Origin: Felis catus
Taxonomy: Eukaryota
Assembly: GCF_018350175.1 (NCBI RefSeq)
Contig: NC_058368.1
Coordinates: 155,188,001 to 155,252,000, forward strand
Length of the DNA stretch: 64,000 bases
Reading direction: 5' to 3'
Shown: in pieces, positions 1 through 13,073 of the stretch
Layout of the letters: the number at the start of each line of letters is the position of its first letter
How positions within the stretch are numbered: position 1 is the stretch's first letter
Program-made: the position numbers and the translations under genes
Notes under the pieces: model-generated
The model's input: only the letters and a program-made list of their open reading frames with translations
What the model was told of the DNA's origin: nothing
Databases searched by the model: none

Positions 1-3000
1 CGGTTGCTCGCTAAGGAGCCATCCTGGCGTTAGCCGCAGATGCAGCCAGCCGGCTGCCCTCCCAGCTGGAAGGAAGGTGTTAAGCAGCAGCTGTCAGCAG
101 AAAGAGATAGAAAAGGGGGTGAAGTGTCTCCAATTCACAGAAATAAAAATTGTTAATGAAAATCCCGAGCACTGTACCCTGATCGCCCCCTTCTTTGCAA
201 GACTTCTGACTAACTTCCTTGAAACTTCTTTAGCCTTCTGGCTTATCAGTTTCAGGGCAATGCATTACTCAGCCACTGCCTGTGAAGTGAACCAGAACAA
301 TGTGAGGTTAATTCACCTCTCCCAGCAATCATAAAAGTTTGTGCGTTCACAGATTCAACAATGAAATTGTTACTGATTAGTCCAAGTCAAAAATCTGCAC
401 TTTCGTCATTTCAAAACGATTTAATTACCTTTTTCTAATGCAGTATATATGCTCCATTTGCCAAGACAAAAGAGCTATTATTCAACACGAAAAAAATATT
501 GCTGTAGCAAGCACAGTAACTTTTAATGTTTTCACTGCTGAACTGTCAAAATGCGAACATTCCCACCCCCTGAAAAAATGAAAGTATGGAACTATAGTAT
601 AACCTTCACTTTTATAGTAAGAGGTTTCCAGGTTTCGAGAATATGACAAAGAAAACATAGCAATTTCAGCCAGGTCATAATTTAGTATAAAATAAAACAA
701 GACATTTAAACCCAAGGAGGAAAAAAAAATTCTGAGAGTGGTAGAACTATCAAACTATGTGTGCAATTTCCTTGTGCTCAAATTGCATTTTCTCCCTTCA
801 GTGTTATATGGAGCAAGGTCTTGCCCTCTAGATTAGAGACTTTTGCATTAGAGGAAACTAGGTTATGTCTTCCACTGTCAGAGACAGAAATTATGAGCTG
901 GAGTGCATTTTAGCCAGTCACTCTGAAAAATGTTAGCCCAAGGGGGTAATAATTAGAACTGTTTTTGTCAGGTGACTGCATTTTAAGCAGTGATGTGTCT
1001 GAGATTCTAGCTGAGGGGTTTAATATAAATATAAATATTTTTTTCAGTCAGCATTGCGGCTTTTTTTTTTTTTTGCTTTGCTTTTTATTTCAAAAGTAAG
1101 CACTTTTCAGGAATTATCAGCTAAAACGTCCTACAGTTTAGTATTACGGTGACCCAATAATATAATATAGCCAGCAGAAAATGATAGTCAAGCAGCCTGA
1201 GAAGTTAATGCACAAAACTATAAACTAACTCATTATGAGATCATCACGCATTTACAGACACAAATAACTAGTCTGTATACATTATGTCTAGGAATCTAAG
1301 CACAAGCGTATAACAATTTTGCTTCTAAATTATTATTTTATTTATTTCAGTAGTTACTTAATACAATTTAAGGTTGTAGCTCCCACAATCAAATTTAAAA
1401 AGTAAAAATGTAATTTATGGGCTTTCGCAATACTTCATGCTACTATGGCCCCTCTGGGGTCAAGGTCCCATAGTAGGGCGGGTAGCCTAAGAGTTTTGTT
1501 ATTATTTATTAAGTTGTCCAAATCTGAATATACCCCCTTTTGACAAGAATGGATCATTTTAATATTTGTTCCCATTACAAAAGCATTATGGAAAGATGGG
1601 GATGAATGGAAACAATCTCCTCTCCTTTAGCTTATAAAGTTTAATAAAGACTATCCTTTTGTTCTTACAATAACCCTATCTTTACAAATAAATGAATCAC
1701 TTTAGATTATGAGCCTCTCAGAACAGATCATGTTTTCTATAGGTCCTTAAAAATATCACATAGCCCTTTTCATAATAGCATAAATAATGAATACTTATAA
1801 AATAAAAGCTTTCTCTGGAAAATTAGCTTAAGTTATTTTATATCACATGAAACAATAAATGCAATAATTCAAAAGTAACTATTCTTCTTTAACTATGGAC
1901 AGACTGGGATTTTAAATATTATTTCTAAAAAAGGCTTACATGGAAAAATTGTGTTGTCATTTATTGTAACCAATTATGAGAATTACATCTTTCATAATAT
2001 CATGATATTCCAAACAATAAGCTTATGCAATGTAAATGTATTTCTGCACCTCACATCTTGCTCTGCGGCACCCAAGATTTTCCTATCTTCCAGTTTCAAC
2101 CTTAAATGACTGCTGAGAAAGACTGCTTTCAAATCTCTATCAAGTTTAATTCGTTCCTCTCGAAGGACTTTACACCCCTCTTTTTCCCAAGATGCTATCT
2201 GGGTATAAGAAGATGGTCTCACGTACTAATGATGACGGGGGACAGATTTCTGGCTTGTGTACTAGCATCCAGGGCTTTGCTGGCCTCTGCTGATCCGTTC
2301 CCCACTGTATCAAGCTACTGAGTATTCTGTGCTAGTACCCAATATGTTAAGTTTTGTACTGCCTGGTACTTCCAGGGCTCAGAGAAGGAAGGGTCATGGT
2401 GGAACCTATTCCCAAAGACCTCAGTTTTCGTATCACTTTCTGTGTCAGGCTTTCTGGCCTCTGTAGCATCCTTGCCCTGGTCCCAAGCTTCTTGCATTCC
2501 ACTGGTTTTCTTAGTAATAGGAGACATAAGAGTTTACAGAATCCCTTGATACTCTCACGAACCATGGGAAACCAGGGCATTATTTAGCCCTTCTGTCTAG
2601 ATGCTTCTTTCAAGTATTCCTCATTTGCCAATAATCTGACAACATGTCAGTGTTGTACCATGATAAACATGAAACTTCATGCAATTTGAAATTCTCCTAG
2701 ATAGACCTTGAAACAAGTAGAAGGCTTCACCTAACCCCCAATCCATGAATCCTACCATTTTAATTGGATTTTTCTGCTATCCCTCACTTTACCCCAACCC
2801 AAAGGGTTTGAATTACATGTTGTATGAATTCAAGGACACTCTCATCTGACCTCACATCCCTTCTGGCTTCCCTCTTCTCCAATCTACTAATTTTCTTTCC
2901 TTTCTCTATCAAGACTGCCACTATGTTATATCCTCCTCCTTCCCTCAGTTTAATTCACTCTCCCCTTCACTGGCTCAATACTGGTAGACAAGCTTCAGGA

Positions 3001-3039
3001 ACATCAACCAGATTATCAAGGAGAGAAGACAATAGGAAG

Positions 3040-3506
3040 TGTGCTGAAGGGTACGGTCTCTTGGCTCCTCCTTTGTTTTTCTCCACCATCTTGATACCTC
3101 CGGGGCAGAAAGTTTGCAAAGCTGTATTTCCCAGACTCCCTTGCCACCTGAATTCCTGTTACGTTCTGCCAGTAGGAGGCACTGGCAAGAAGCTGGAGAG
3201 AACAAGAAGCCATTTTTTCTGGATTCTAATGGCAGTTTCAACAGCTGCAATAGTGACAGGTAAGCGTGGCTCCAAGTTGTACTCAGGTAACTCAGTTCCA
3301 ATATCAGCAGCCTCAGCTGCCCGTAGACTCTAGGTAACATCATTTTCTCCTTTGGGCCTCTGGGCCCAGAGGTTGGTAGTGCTTCTATATAGATACTAGT
3401 CTTTAGGTCACCTCACCCCATCAGTGCCTCTGGGCCTTCCGATACTCTGTAACTATATTAACTCTGCTTGAAATTCTTCAACAGCAATTGTTTGTCTGAT
3501 TAAACA
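3040..3506 (+). mobile_element. Old ERVL-class LTR (LTR33-like), degraded
   Basis: Contains TATTTCCCAGACTCCCTTGC typical of LTR33-like elements and ends ...CTGATTAAACA; boundaries approximate. Confidence 0.55.
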
Positions 3507-4319
3507 CTGCCCATTTAAACATGTCAATCATATGAGTCTTATTACACCTAAAGTGTACCTACTGAAATATTCTTAGTTGCCTGTTTTTTTTAATCAGAGG
3601 TTGAAAAGAATTTGAGGTAAACTTTTGGAATAATATTCACTAGCCATCGCAACTGCCTAAAGAGAAGTTTTAGTCTTACAAGGTCATGATTCTACCAGAG
3701 CCTAGATGGTGTCTACACGTAACAGAGAACGGCAAACATTCATTGTTATGGCTCAGTTTTTTGCCATGTATTTCCGTACGTCTTATGTTGCCTACGCTCT
3801 TCATAAATCGTCTGTGGGTGCAGGAAGGGACACCAAGCACACTTCTGGAGTCTTGCGCTCTCACCTTCCTGATGACTCCCCTCACCTCTCTAACATATGG
3901 AAATGAGAATTATAAAGTTCTACCTTTCTTTCCCCACTCCATCTAGCACCACATGTGCTACCACTCACTCACTTCCACATTCTCCTTACTTTGAACAAAT
4001 TATAGTTCAAGGTGCCAGGATGCCAATGCCATTAATCACCTGCAGTAATAAGGAATGCTGTGGTCCAAGGACTCCGGGAGCAGGTAACGTGTACACATAC
4101 ACACGTTCAATTACTCATCTATTTTCCTTTCAAGTCAGGGGCCTGTTGAGTGGAGGAAACAGGTTGACTTTTTATCTTTATATCTCCAGTCCCGTTTTAT
4201 CCCAAAGTCGAAAGGCATGTGAACAGCTTTTAGGATTTTTATAGACTTGGAACCATATAATTATAGAAGTAAAAAGAACATTAGAAATCATATTATTTTA
4301 CCTCCTCGTTTACACGATT

Positions 4320-4500
4320 ATCTCTACTGTAACACTTATCACTCCTACCATAATTTATGTTTTTTATCTTCTCAACTGATCTATGAACTCCTTGAAGAAA
4401 AGGTCTGTAGTTTTTATCTTAACATCTGTGCCTGACACGGTGCCTACAACACAAGAAACATTTAATAAATGCTTGTTGGAAAGAAGCAAATGAGTGGATG
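4320..4500 (+). mobile_element. LINE-2 3' end fragment
   Basis: GAACTCCTTGAAG...TGCCTGACACGGTGCCT...AATAAATGCTTGTTGGAA matches the L2 3' terminus. Confidence 0.7.
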
Positions 4501-6126
4501 GAAGGGCCAATAGATTAATGAACAAAGGATGATTAAGAGTTTAATATCGTGTCTAAGAACACACAGCTATGAGTAGCCTAGTGAACATCTCATCTTGTTT
4601 CCTAATTTGAAGCTCAGTATGATTTTTACTAACTCTGTTCTGACCTAACATGTTTAATGTTTTCTCATAAAACAAGATTTAGTCCTTTTGCCTTCAGAAC
4701 AAAAGTAGAGATGTGGGTGAAACAAGGAGAAGTGCTGTTCCACCTGTCAGGGGAAGAGAACGGAAGGGACTCAGTATCAAGCACAAGGTTGAGAGGCAAG
4801 AGCAAATCCCCAAGACCAATTGGAATGGAGAAAAATCAGGCAAGCATGATAGAAAAATCATACTGGACACAGCTGGACCAGAAGTTCAATTGCCACTGTG
4901 GTCACTCTGTGCCTATTTTTGGAAAACCTACCCCATATAAATAGACGGATGCTCTGAATTTTCACCCGGGGAGAGAAAAGTTCAACATCCGTCTACATTA
5001 TCACAATTTTTCCCCAGGAACAGCACATCTCACTTACACAAATTGCGAAAAAGAACAAAAGACCCTAAGATATCAAACTGCTCTTTCAGAATCTAAATGC
5101 TCTAGAAGAATCACTGATTTTAATGTAGAATATTTAGTAAAAATATATTCTATTGGTTGCTCTCTCAACATATATCATTTCTAAACCAAAAAACAAATAA
5201 CAATGGGAAATCAGGAGGATAAACAAATGCCACTAAAAGATAAATACTATTAAAATGCTGTTACAAAAACACTTGAATTCCTTGGTGTTTCTTTTTAATC
5301 CAACTGCAAATCACAAACCACATCATCTAGGACCCAAAACAAAACTGTATACATTTACTTACACCCAGAAATTTTGGTATAAAATTAACACACCATAAGA
5401 AAAGCCTGGTATGCCATTTGGTTACATATTTCAGTTTCTCCCAATATGTGATAAAGTAGAAATGTGACATTTGATATTATCACTGACGGTTAATTCTGTG
5501 AACATTTTAATATTTTTCAGACATCCCAAGATTTATATTTTCTCTCCTCAAATGAAAGTGAGAATTTAAATACCAAGTCTTCCCTTTCTTTTGAAAAAAT
5601 AAATGCTATAATACACCTCCCAAGGTTAATCTGTGTCCTTGCACCTCCAATGAATCCATGGCAAGAATGTTTTTTATTGCTCTGCCATATCTAAAATTGC
5701 TTAGTCCATACTCTCTTAGACACATCATTTTTCAAACTCAAACTTCTAAGTTTCATCAGAAAAGAGCACATTACACTAGATGCAAAGTGAATGACTACTA
5801 ACTCATGTTCTAGGGACATGCACCATTATTCACCAAATAAACAAGCCCATATGTTTTAGGCTAAAGAAATAATCTTGCAGGAAGCACTGTTAAGATACCA
5901 TAGACTTTGAATGATTCTTTGGCAAACTTAAAGTGGTTTGTCCTGGAAATTGTATCATCCATGGAGCCCTAGCTCTCACCATTTGATTTGTAATGGATAT
6001 AGTTCCAAATAAATAGTCTACATTCGCAGCCTTGGTGTTCTGATCTCCTCTTAATTCTCAGGCTATTGCAGTCAGGATTCTTTCTCCTGACTCCAAAAAT
6101 TCTGGGAGGAGGGGGTAGAAGAAGCC

Positions 6127-6586
6127 TATCAGGAATTGAATTTTGTCCCCTCAAAATTCATAGGTAGAAGTTGTGACCCCCCAGTACCTCAGAATGTGAC
6201 CTTATTCAGAAATATGGTCTTGGCACATGATCAAGTGAAGATGAAGTCATTAGGTTGGGTCCTAATCCAATAGGATCAGAACCCTTAAAAATAAGGGAAA
6301 ATTTGGACACAGAGAGAGACACATACACAGGGATGACACCACACAAAGACAGAGGCAGAGATCGGGCCATACATCTACAAGCTACGGAAAGCCAAAGATT
6401 GCAGCTAGGAGACAGGCATGGAAAACATTCCCCCTCACAGCCCTCAGAAGGAATTAGCCCTGCTGGCATCTTGATCTTGGACTTCTAGCCTCCAGAACTG
6501 GGAGACAGTAAATTTATGAAACTTATGTTGCTTAAGCCACCCCATTTGTGACACTTAGTTACAGCAGCGCCAGAAAACTAATAAAA
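6127..6586 (+). mobile_element. MaLR solo LTR (MLT1B/C-like)
   Basis: GAATTTTGTCCCCTCAAAATTCATA...CCTCAGAATGTGACCTTATT...GACTTCTAGCCTCCAGAACTG...TTACAGCAGC...AACTAATA. Confidence 0.85.
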
Positions 6587-6859
6587 GCCTATTCTAGAAA
6601 AGAGCATAGCTGGGTTCTAGACTCACCTCTTCACTCAGTGTAGGCTTTCCCCAAAGTTCTGTGCTCAGCTCTCTCCTCCCAGGGAATTCACAGACATCCC
6701 ACAACTTGCTTCTACTGTTACCTTGAGACCAAGTGTTTCCAAATCTACATGTTTAGTCCTGTCTCTCTTCACGGACCCAAATATGTATTTTTTACTATGT
6801 GGTCGATACCTCCAAGTGATCTTTGCTGTGAGTACCACGACCAAACTCACCCCAAAACC

Positions 6860-7705
6860 TGCTGGTTGCTTCTGGGTAAATGATGAAATCTTCTTGGCTA
6901 ATAGCATCATCATCCACCCAGTCAACCAAACTAGATATGAATTACATTTAACTCTTCATTCTCTCTCAGTCCCTACATCAAATAGTTCAATGAAATCTAC
7001 CTGTGACATCTCTTGACCTTATCTCATCCTTCCCATCGTGCTGCTAATGTATTGGTTCAAACCCTTATCATTACTTGCCCCAACTTATTCCAGCAGTCTG
7101 TAAAGGTTCTCCCCTGCCTCCAACCCATTTTCCTCACTTTTTCAAAGTTACCTTTCCAAACATAATCCTTCTTGTCTTAACTGTAGTTGTAGTAAATCAC
7201 TGAAATAGAGGGGAATCTTGTTGCTTGCCGCACAAAACTAGCTTAGGCTGACTTAGATCCGTTAATGAGCTTGATACTCCTGTTTGTTCTGATTTGCATG
7301 CTCAGGTGTGTTGGTTTGATATGAGATTGCCACTTGAAAACATGTATGTCATGCCATTTTCAGGTTAGTACTATACAGTATGCACTTTGAGAAAATGTAA
7401 AATAAAAATCAAAGACTATTATATATGGTGTTAGGCTCAGTTCAATTGCTTCTCCCCCTGGAAGATCATCCTAGACTCTGCCTCCTCCCTCACCCTCACA
7501 CTCCTCTATCTGCCTCTCTTTTCATATTTGGCATCTCTCCTTATCTTATAGTTACTTAGTGTCTTTTCCCTCCAATCACCCATTCCAACTAAACTGTAAT
7601 CTGCTTAAGGTCAGGATCTGTACCTGATGCATTCTTTTAGTCCTCCTAGGCACCTCACACAGTGCAAGGCCATTGTCTATGCTCAGTAAATGTGGATTCA
7701 ATGAG
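6860..7705 (+). mobile_element. LINE-2 fragments (two pieces, unrelated sequence at about 7170-7430 between them)
   Basis: Pyrimidine-rich L2 body and L2 3' end (TGTAATCTGCTTAAGGTCAGG...GCTCAGTAAATGTGGATT). Confidence 0.6.
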
Positions 7706-9041
7706 CTCAGTCACAGAAAGTAATAAATGGATTTATTTTCATAAATGCACCATCTCTCTGGAAATCCACAGTGCTCACATTTTGCGTTATAAGCTCATTT
7801 TAGAGTGATTGGATGCATTTTATTGGCTAATGTCTGCCATGTGGTAATGTCTTCATTTGCTGAGTTGATGTTCCAAATCTTACAATTCTTAGTCATAATT
7901 ATTAGTTTTTCCCCTGAATTTTGTGCTTCATTGAGGTTTTAAAGGGTAAAATTAACCTCCCAGCTTTTCCTCCATAAATTTATAATTTCATTGTGATTTC
8001 ATTGCTATATTGGCTTCCATTTCAGAGGTTTGTCCAAAGTTTAGGTGATTATGGGTCTGTTGTTTTTCTCCTCTCACAAATGTGTTATTTCCTTGCAATC
8101 TAACTTGCTCAACTGTATAGCAATAGACACAGAAACATGATGAAGACTTCTAAATATTATTTACTTAGAAAAATTCTGTCTTAGGGGAATGAAACCTCTT
8201 TTTCACCTGTGTTAAAATTATATCAGAATTTATAAAAATAAAAGCTCATTCACCTAATATTTTTCCCTACTTAGTCATCTGTTTATCTGGACATAAGTCA
8301 ACATTTTCTGCAGAACACAACACTGTAAAAAATGCATTAACAAGTTCTTAGGGGGTATCTTAAGCACAAAATTTGTTGAGTTATTCAACAGTATGGAAAT
8401 TTGGTTATTTAACTTGAACTGGAAATATATGGCTCAAATTTCACTGAAGTTATACATGATCCAGAATCATGTATAACTTAACTATAAATAAGTTTTAAGA
8501 AGCACACTTGGATATTTACCATTTCTCAATATTGGGTAAAGCTGTCATAGACATTAGACTCATAAACTACATAATTGCTCATAAAAAGACACCTTTAAGT
8601 ACTTTGTAGGTAGAAAAAAACTCCTAGAGGATCAGCAAAGATACTTAAGCCTGGATGTAAAAATAAATTCAGATGAGTTGCAAAACTTCTTGCAACCCTC
8701 TAGGGGAGAAATTGGAATAATAATTTTTGCCTCACTTCAGTGTGTCCTTTGTAAATTCATGCATGAAAACCTGCCTTGCTATCTGCCCTTGAATGCCTCC
8801 AATCCCATCTCCCGGACACACCCAACTACCACCCACGTATGTATGTAACCCTTCCTCTAACTGTGAAACAAGTTACAAACCCATCAGAAAAAGCAAAAGA
8901 ACCTGGGCCGGTAATTCAGTAGCTAGCTCAGCATCAAGCAGGCCTTGCTTCACAACTTCTAACAACCAGACTGGCCCTTTTGCCTTTAATAAAAACCATA
9001 AAAACTGTGCCTCATATCCTGGTTTAAGAAATAGCATTCTA

Positions 9042-9125
9042 GGGGCCCCTGGGTGGCTCAGGCGGTTGAGCGTCTGACTTCGGCTCAGGTCATGATCTCG
9101 CGGTCCGTGAGTTTGAGCTCCCCAC
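9042..9125 (+). mobile_element. Can-SINE (SINEC_Fc), 5' head only
   Basis: GGGGCCCCTGGGTGGCTCAG...GGCTCAGGTCATGATCTCGCGGTCCGTGAGTTTGAG; no CT tract or A tail. Confidence 0.9.
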
Positions 9126-9127
9126 TT

Positions 9128-9313
9128 TTGGTTCTCAAAGTGTATCCCACAGACCAGAAGCAACAGCACTACTCAACAACTTTTTAGAAATGCAAATTCC
9201 TGGGCCCACCCTAGGCCTACCTACTCACAAGCATTTGGGGTGGAGTTCAGTAATTGGCGTTTTAACAAACTCTCCAGGTGACTTTGATGAATGTGAAAGT
9301 TTGAGAACTCCTG
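9128..9313 (+). mobile_element. MER5A-like hAT-Charlie non-autonomous DNA transposon
   Basis: GGTTCTCAAAGTGT...TTAGAAATGCAAATTCCTGGGCCCACCC...TTTAACAAACTCTCCAGGTGA...AAAGTTTGAGAACTCCTG with terminal inverted repeats. Confidence 0.85.
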
Positions 9314-9592
9314 AGCCATTGCCTTAGCTTTAATTCCTCTTACTTCCATGTGTTTCTCTGTTCTCCTCTGCTAGTAAACTTCTTTTAGAAAATATGTAGC
9401 AGGAGAGATTTTTGTCAGTTTCAAGTGCGTGACTTGGGCAAGAAGGAGCAAGGTTGGAAAAGGAATTGTGGTGTGCTCCTCTTTGCAATATGCTATGGAA
9501 ACTCCATAGTGAATGCAGCTATCGTAAGTCAAGGGTGGGGGTATTGTTAAGAGGAAGAGATTTCAAAAAGAGAAATTTAAGAAGTTGTACTC

Positions 9593-9815
9593 GGGGCACC
9601 TGAGTGGCTCAGTCGGTTAAGTGCCAGACTGGGGCTCAGGTCATGATCTCACGGTTCATGAGTTTGAGCCCCACGTCTGGCTCTGTGCTGACAGTGTGAG
9701 GCCTGGAATCTGCTTCAGATTCTGTGTCTGATGCTCTCTCTCTGACCCTCCCCTACTGACACTCTGTGTCTCTCTCTTTCTCTCTCAAAAATAAATATTT
9801 GAAAAAAAATTTTTT
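9593..9815 (+). mobile_element. Can-SINE (SINEC_Fc)
   Basis: Full tRNA-derived head, CT tract, A tail; TSD AAGTTGTACTC. Confidence 0.95.
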
Positions 9816-10023
9816 AAGTTGTACTCAAAGTTAGGATTGTACTTCCCCTACCCTAGGCATTTTTGGAGAAACACCAATAAAAAATGTAACTTACTTTTTT
9901 GGTAGATAGGCTGTGTTCCCTTGAATTCAACACCACAGACCCCGTACCATATGGAGACCAAATTAATATTCAGCTTTCAAAAGGAAGTGACCTGCCCTGC
10001 TCACTGTGTTATGGGATAAGAAC

Positions 10024-10095
10024 AGCGCGGAACAGACAGAAAAGAAACAGTAGCTTCATAGCGCGGAACAGACAGAAAAGAAACAGTAGCTTCAT
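10024..10095. repeat. Perfect 36-bp tandem duplication
   Basis: AGCGCGGAACAGACAGAAAAGAAACAGTAGCTTCAT twice (10024-10059, 10060-10095). Confidence 0.97.
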
Positions 10096-10599
10096 TTCAC
10101 CTCCGCTCCACCTCTTCTGAGATACTGCTGCTAGTTATCCCCACTCCTTCCATCTTGTAGCCTCCCTTCTCCCTGGGAATGGACACAGTTGAACACCATC
10201 ACCAAATCTTCAAAAAGTCTCTTTTAATCATGCAACCACCCCACAGGCACTACCCTGAATATGCTCTTTTGTTCACATCCGGGCTGCCACAGAAAGGAAT
10301 TCACTTTCAAAATCTCAATACCTCGTGTTTATTCCTCAATCAGTGGAACACGCCTCCATTCCCTCCACAGAAAGGCGCTGCTACCACCAGGTCGATTGAT
10401 TGCTACCACCAGCGAATTCAACAGGTAGTTTTTAGCCTTTACCTTACTTTAGCTCTCTCGAGTGTAATATGACCAGTCCTTCCCGGAAACACTTTCCTCT
10501 CGCGATTTCCACCACACGAAAGTCTGGCTTCCTCCACTGGTCCTGTGGCTCTTTCTTCCCAGCATCCTTTTAAGTTTATCTTCTCCAGCCCTCCTTCTA

Positions 10600-11470
10600 A
10601 GTTCTGAAGCTTCCCAAATTCTATCTTTGTCCCTCATCTCTTCTTACCCTCAGCACGCTTCCCAAGCAGTGCTACCTTCTACCGCCACCTCTCCTCTGTC
10701 TCCCCAGCCTAATTTGCCTAGAGCAGTATTTCTGTCCTCAGACTCTTCAATCTAATTTCCTGGTAGATTATATTCATCTGAAAATGCCAACGGATGGTGA
10801 CTCATCGTTCCCTCAAAACTGTATTTGATCTCCATGTTCTACCTCCCACTCATTGCAAAACAAGAAACTTGGCCTTTATTTATATTTATCCTATATTTAT
10901 TCTTCTCCTTTAACCTCATATCAAGTCAGTTAGTAAAAGTTTCATTCTCTCTATCCTCACTGCTACTGTTAGTCTTGGTATGTATTACCTCTTGCCTGAA
11001 CTAGTGCATTAGTCTCCGAACCCGTGCCTGTCCCCTTCATGTATAAATGAGAACATAATACATGATATAATGTATAAATGAGAGCAAATTTAACTGCGCA
11101 GGAGTTTGCCATCAAAGACAGGTAGAATCTATTACCTCTTAAGTGCATTCAAAGTTCTCCACACATCACTGTATTCACACCCAACCAGGCTGGCTTCTAC
11201 CTACGTTTGCCCCATTCTTGAAGTTCAATTATACTTCTCATTCTCTGAACATAAAATATTCTTTCACTCCTTCATGTTTTTTACCATGAAGTTCCGTGCA
11301 TAATTTTCTCACTTCACTCACAGTCTTAGAATTATCTATTTGTATATTTCTCTCCAAGCAACTCCTCAATACCCAGGACTATGTCTACATTTTTGTATCT
11401 CCAGCACCTACCACAATGCCTGTCTTATATAAGATGGTCCATAAATAAATGTTCAATAAAATGGATAAGT
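10600..11470 (+). mobile_element. LINE-2, degraded
   Basis: Pyrimidine-rich L2-like body ending TTTGTATCTCCAGCACCTACCACAATGCCTG...AATAAATGTTCAATAAAATGGA. Confidence 0.6.
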
Positions 11471-11472
11471 AT

Positions 11473-11693
11473 GGGCGCCTGGGTGGGTCAGTTAAGTGTC
11501 TGACTTCGGCTCAGGTCATGACCTCACAGCTCATCAGTTCGAGCCCCTCATCGGGCTCTGTGCCGACAGCTCAGAGCCTGGAGCCTGCTTCAGATTCTCT
11601 GTCTCCCTCTCTCTCTGCCCCTCCCCTGCTCATGCTCTGTCTCTCTCTCTCTGTCAAAAATAAATAAACATTAAATTTTTTTTTAATTTTTTT
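11473..11693 (+). mobile_element. Can-SINE (SINEC_Fc)
   Basis: GGGCGCCTGGGTGG...GACAGCTCAGAGCCTGGAGCCTGCTTCAGATTCT...AAAAATAAATAAAC. Confidence 0.95.
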
Positions 11694-12884
11694 AAGTGGT
11701 TGAGTAACTGAACCAATACCTTTCATTCAGCTTAAGATTCCCTACTTCCATTTGTGCATGTAGAAAACACCTTCCTATTCTCAACATTCAACTGAAAGTT
11801 TAACTCTGTCAAGAAATTTTCTAGTTCCTCAAGCAAAACTTAAGGATCATTTCCCTGTGATCTCTATATACACCTCAGTTATTGAAATACACCATGTTTT
11901 ACTGAAGTGGTTGTTCACATGTTTGATCCTTCCAGCAACCTAGTCAATACATCTGGGCAAAAAAGAGAAGAAAACAAATTCAAACTATACAAGAAAAAAA
12001 ATGTTAAAACTATATCTTACTGAAGAGTTTACCAATTCCTAGTGATGAAAAATGAAAAGTTAATCTCAAAAATTCAGAATACATGCACATATATTCTTGT
12101 ACATAGTATATTTTATTCACTTAAACCTGTCAACTGTCTTTATAAATGTGCAGTTTAACATTCCTTTCAAATCTTGTAAGAGATAGATATCTGAATAAGG
12201 TGGACACAAATGACTATTGAAATTAAGATTGTGAGGCCCAAAGTGGCAAGAGAAAGAAAGAAAAGAGAACGCTATAGAATTGACTAGTCAGCTCTTAATC
12301 CTGGCTACGTATGATACATGTTATACAAGCACAGCTGGTTTCCAATGAATGGCTATAAAGGGAAATTAAAACTATAACAACCCACCTCTCCAGACCTTAT
12401 TCCTCCTTCCATCTCCTATGAGAAGGGGCAGGAAAAGCATTACAAAAAATATGCTTTGGACATGCTATCATATACTATTAGAGTCAATTATGTATATTTA
12501 TTCAGCTTTTTATTTAACATGGAGCCTCACATACCATCTTTTACCTAGTAAGTGATCCCAATATTTATAAAATGAATAAATGAAATCATTTAATAATGCC
12601 AATTGTGTATTGGTAGTTATTTGATTAAAAGTGTGTCCTTCCTCTTTATTACTCTTGCCACTGACAATGAAAACATGAACTCACAATTTGTCATTGATCA
12701 GAATGCCACTTAATATAAGTGGTTAGCTACAACACCCTGAAAGGGAGATGTCGGAAACTTCTTACTAAAGTGGGAAAGATATATGATATGTATCATCTCA
12801 TGTACAGACTCTTGTACTCACGGATGATACCATATTGATCCAGTCATTCACTGTAATGCTTGTCTGTCCTCAAAGAGCCTACAA

Positions 12885-13073
12885 TTTTTTTTTTTTTTAA
12901 TTTTAGAGAGAGTGCAAGTGGATGAGAGAGACAGAGGGGGAGGAAGAGAATCTTAAGCAGGCTCCATGCTCAGCATGAAACCCAACACAGGGCTAGATCC
13001 CATGACCTTGGGTTCATGATCTGAGCCAAAATCAAGAGTCAGACGCTCAATTGACTGAGCAACTGAGGCACCT
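12885..13073 (-). mobile_element. Can-SINE
   Basis: Poly-T followed by reverse-complement SINEC body; degenerate TSD CAAAGAGCCTACAA/CAAGGAGCTTCCAA. Confidence 0.93.

Noticed and set aside
2824..3333. Longest ORF in the track (169 aa)
   Set aside because: Runs across pyrimidine-rich sequence and an old LTR; no recognisable domain or splice context
10024..10095. 36-bp repeat as a CRISPR array
   Set aside because: Two abutting copies, no spacers, mammalian context
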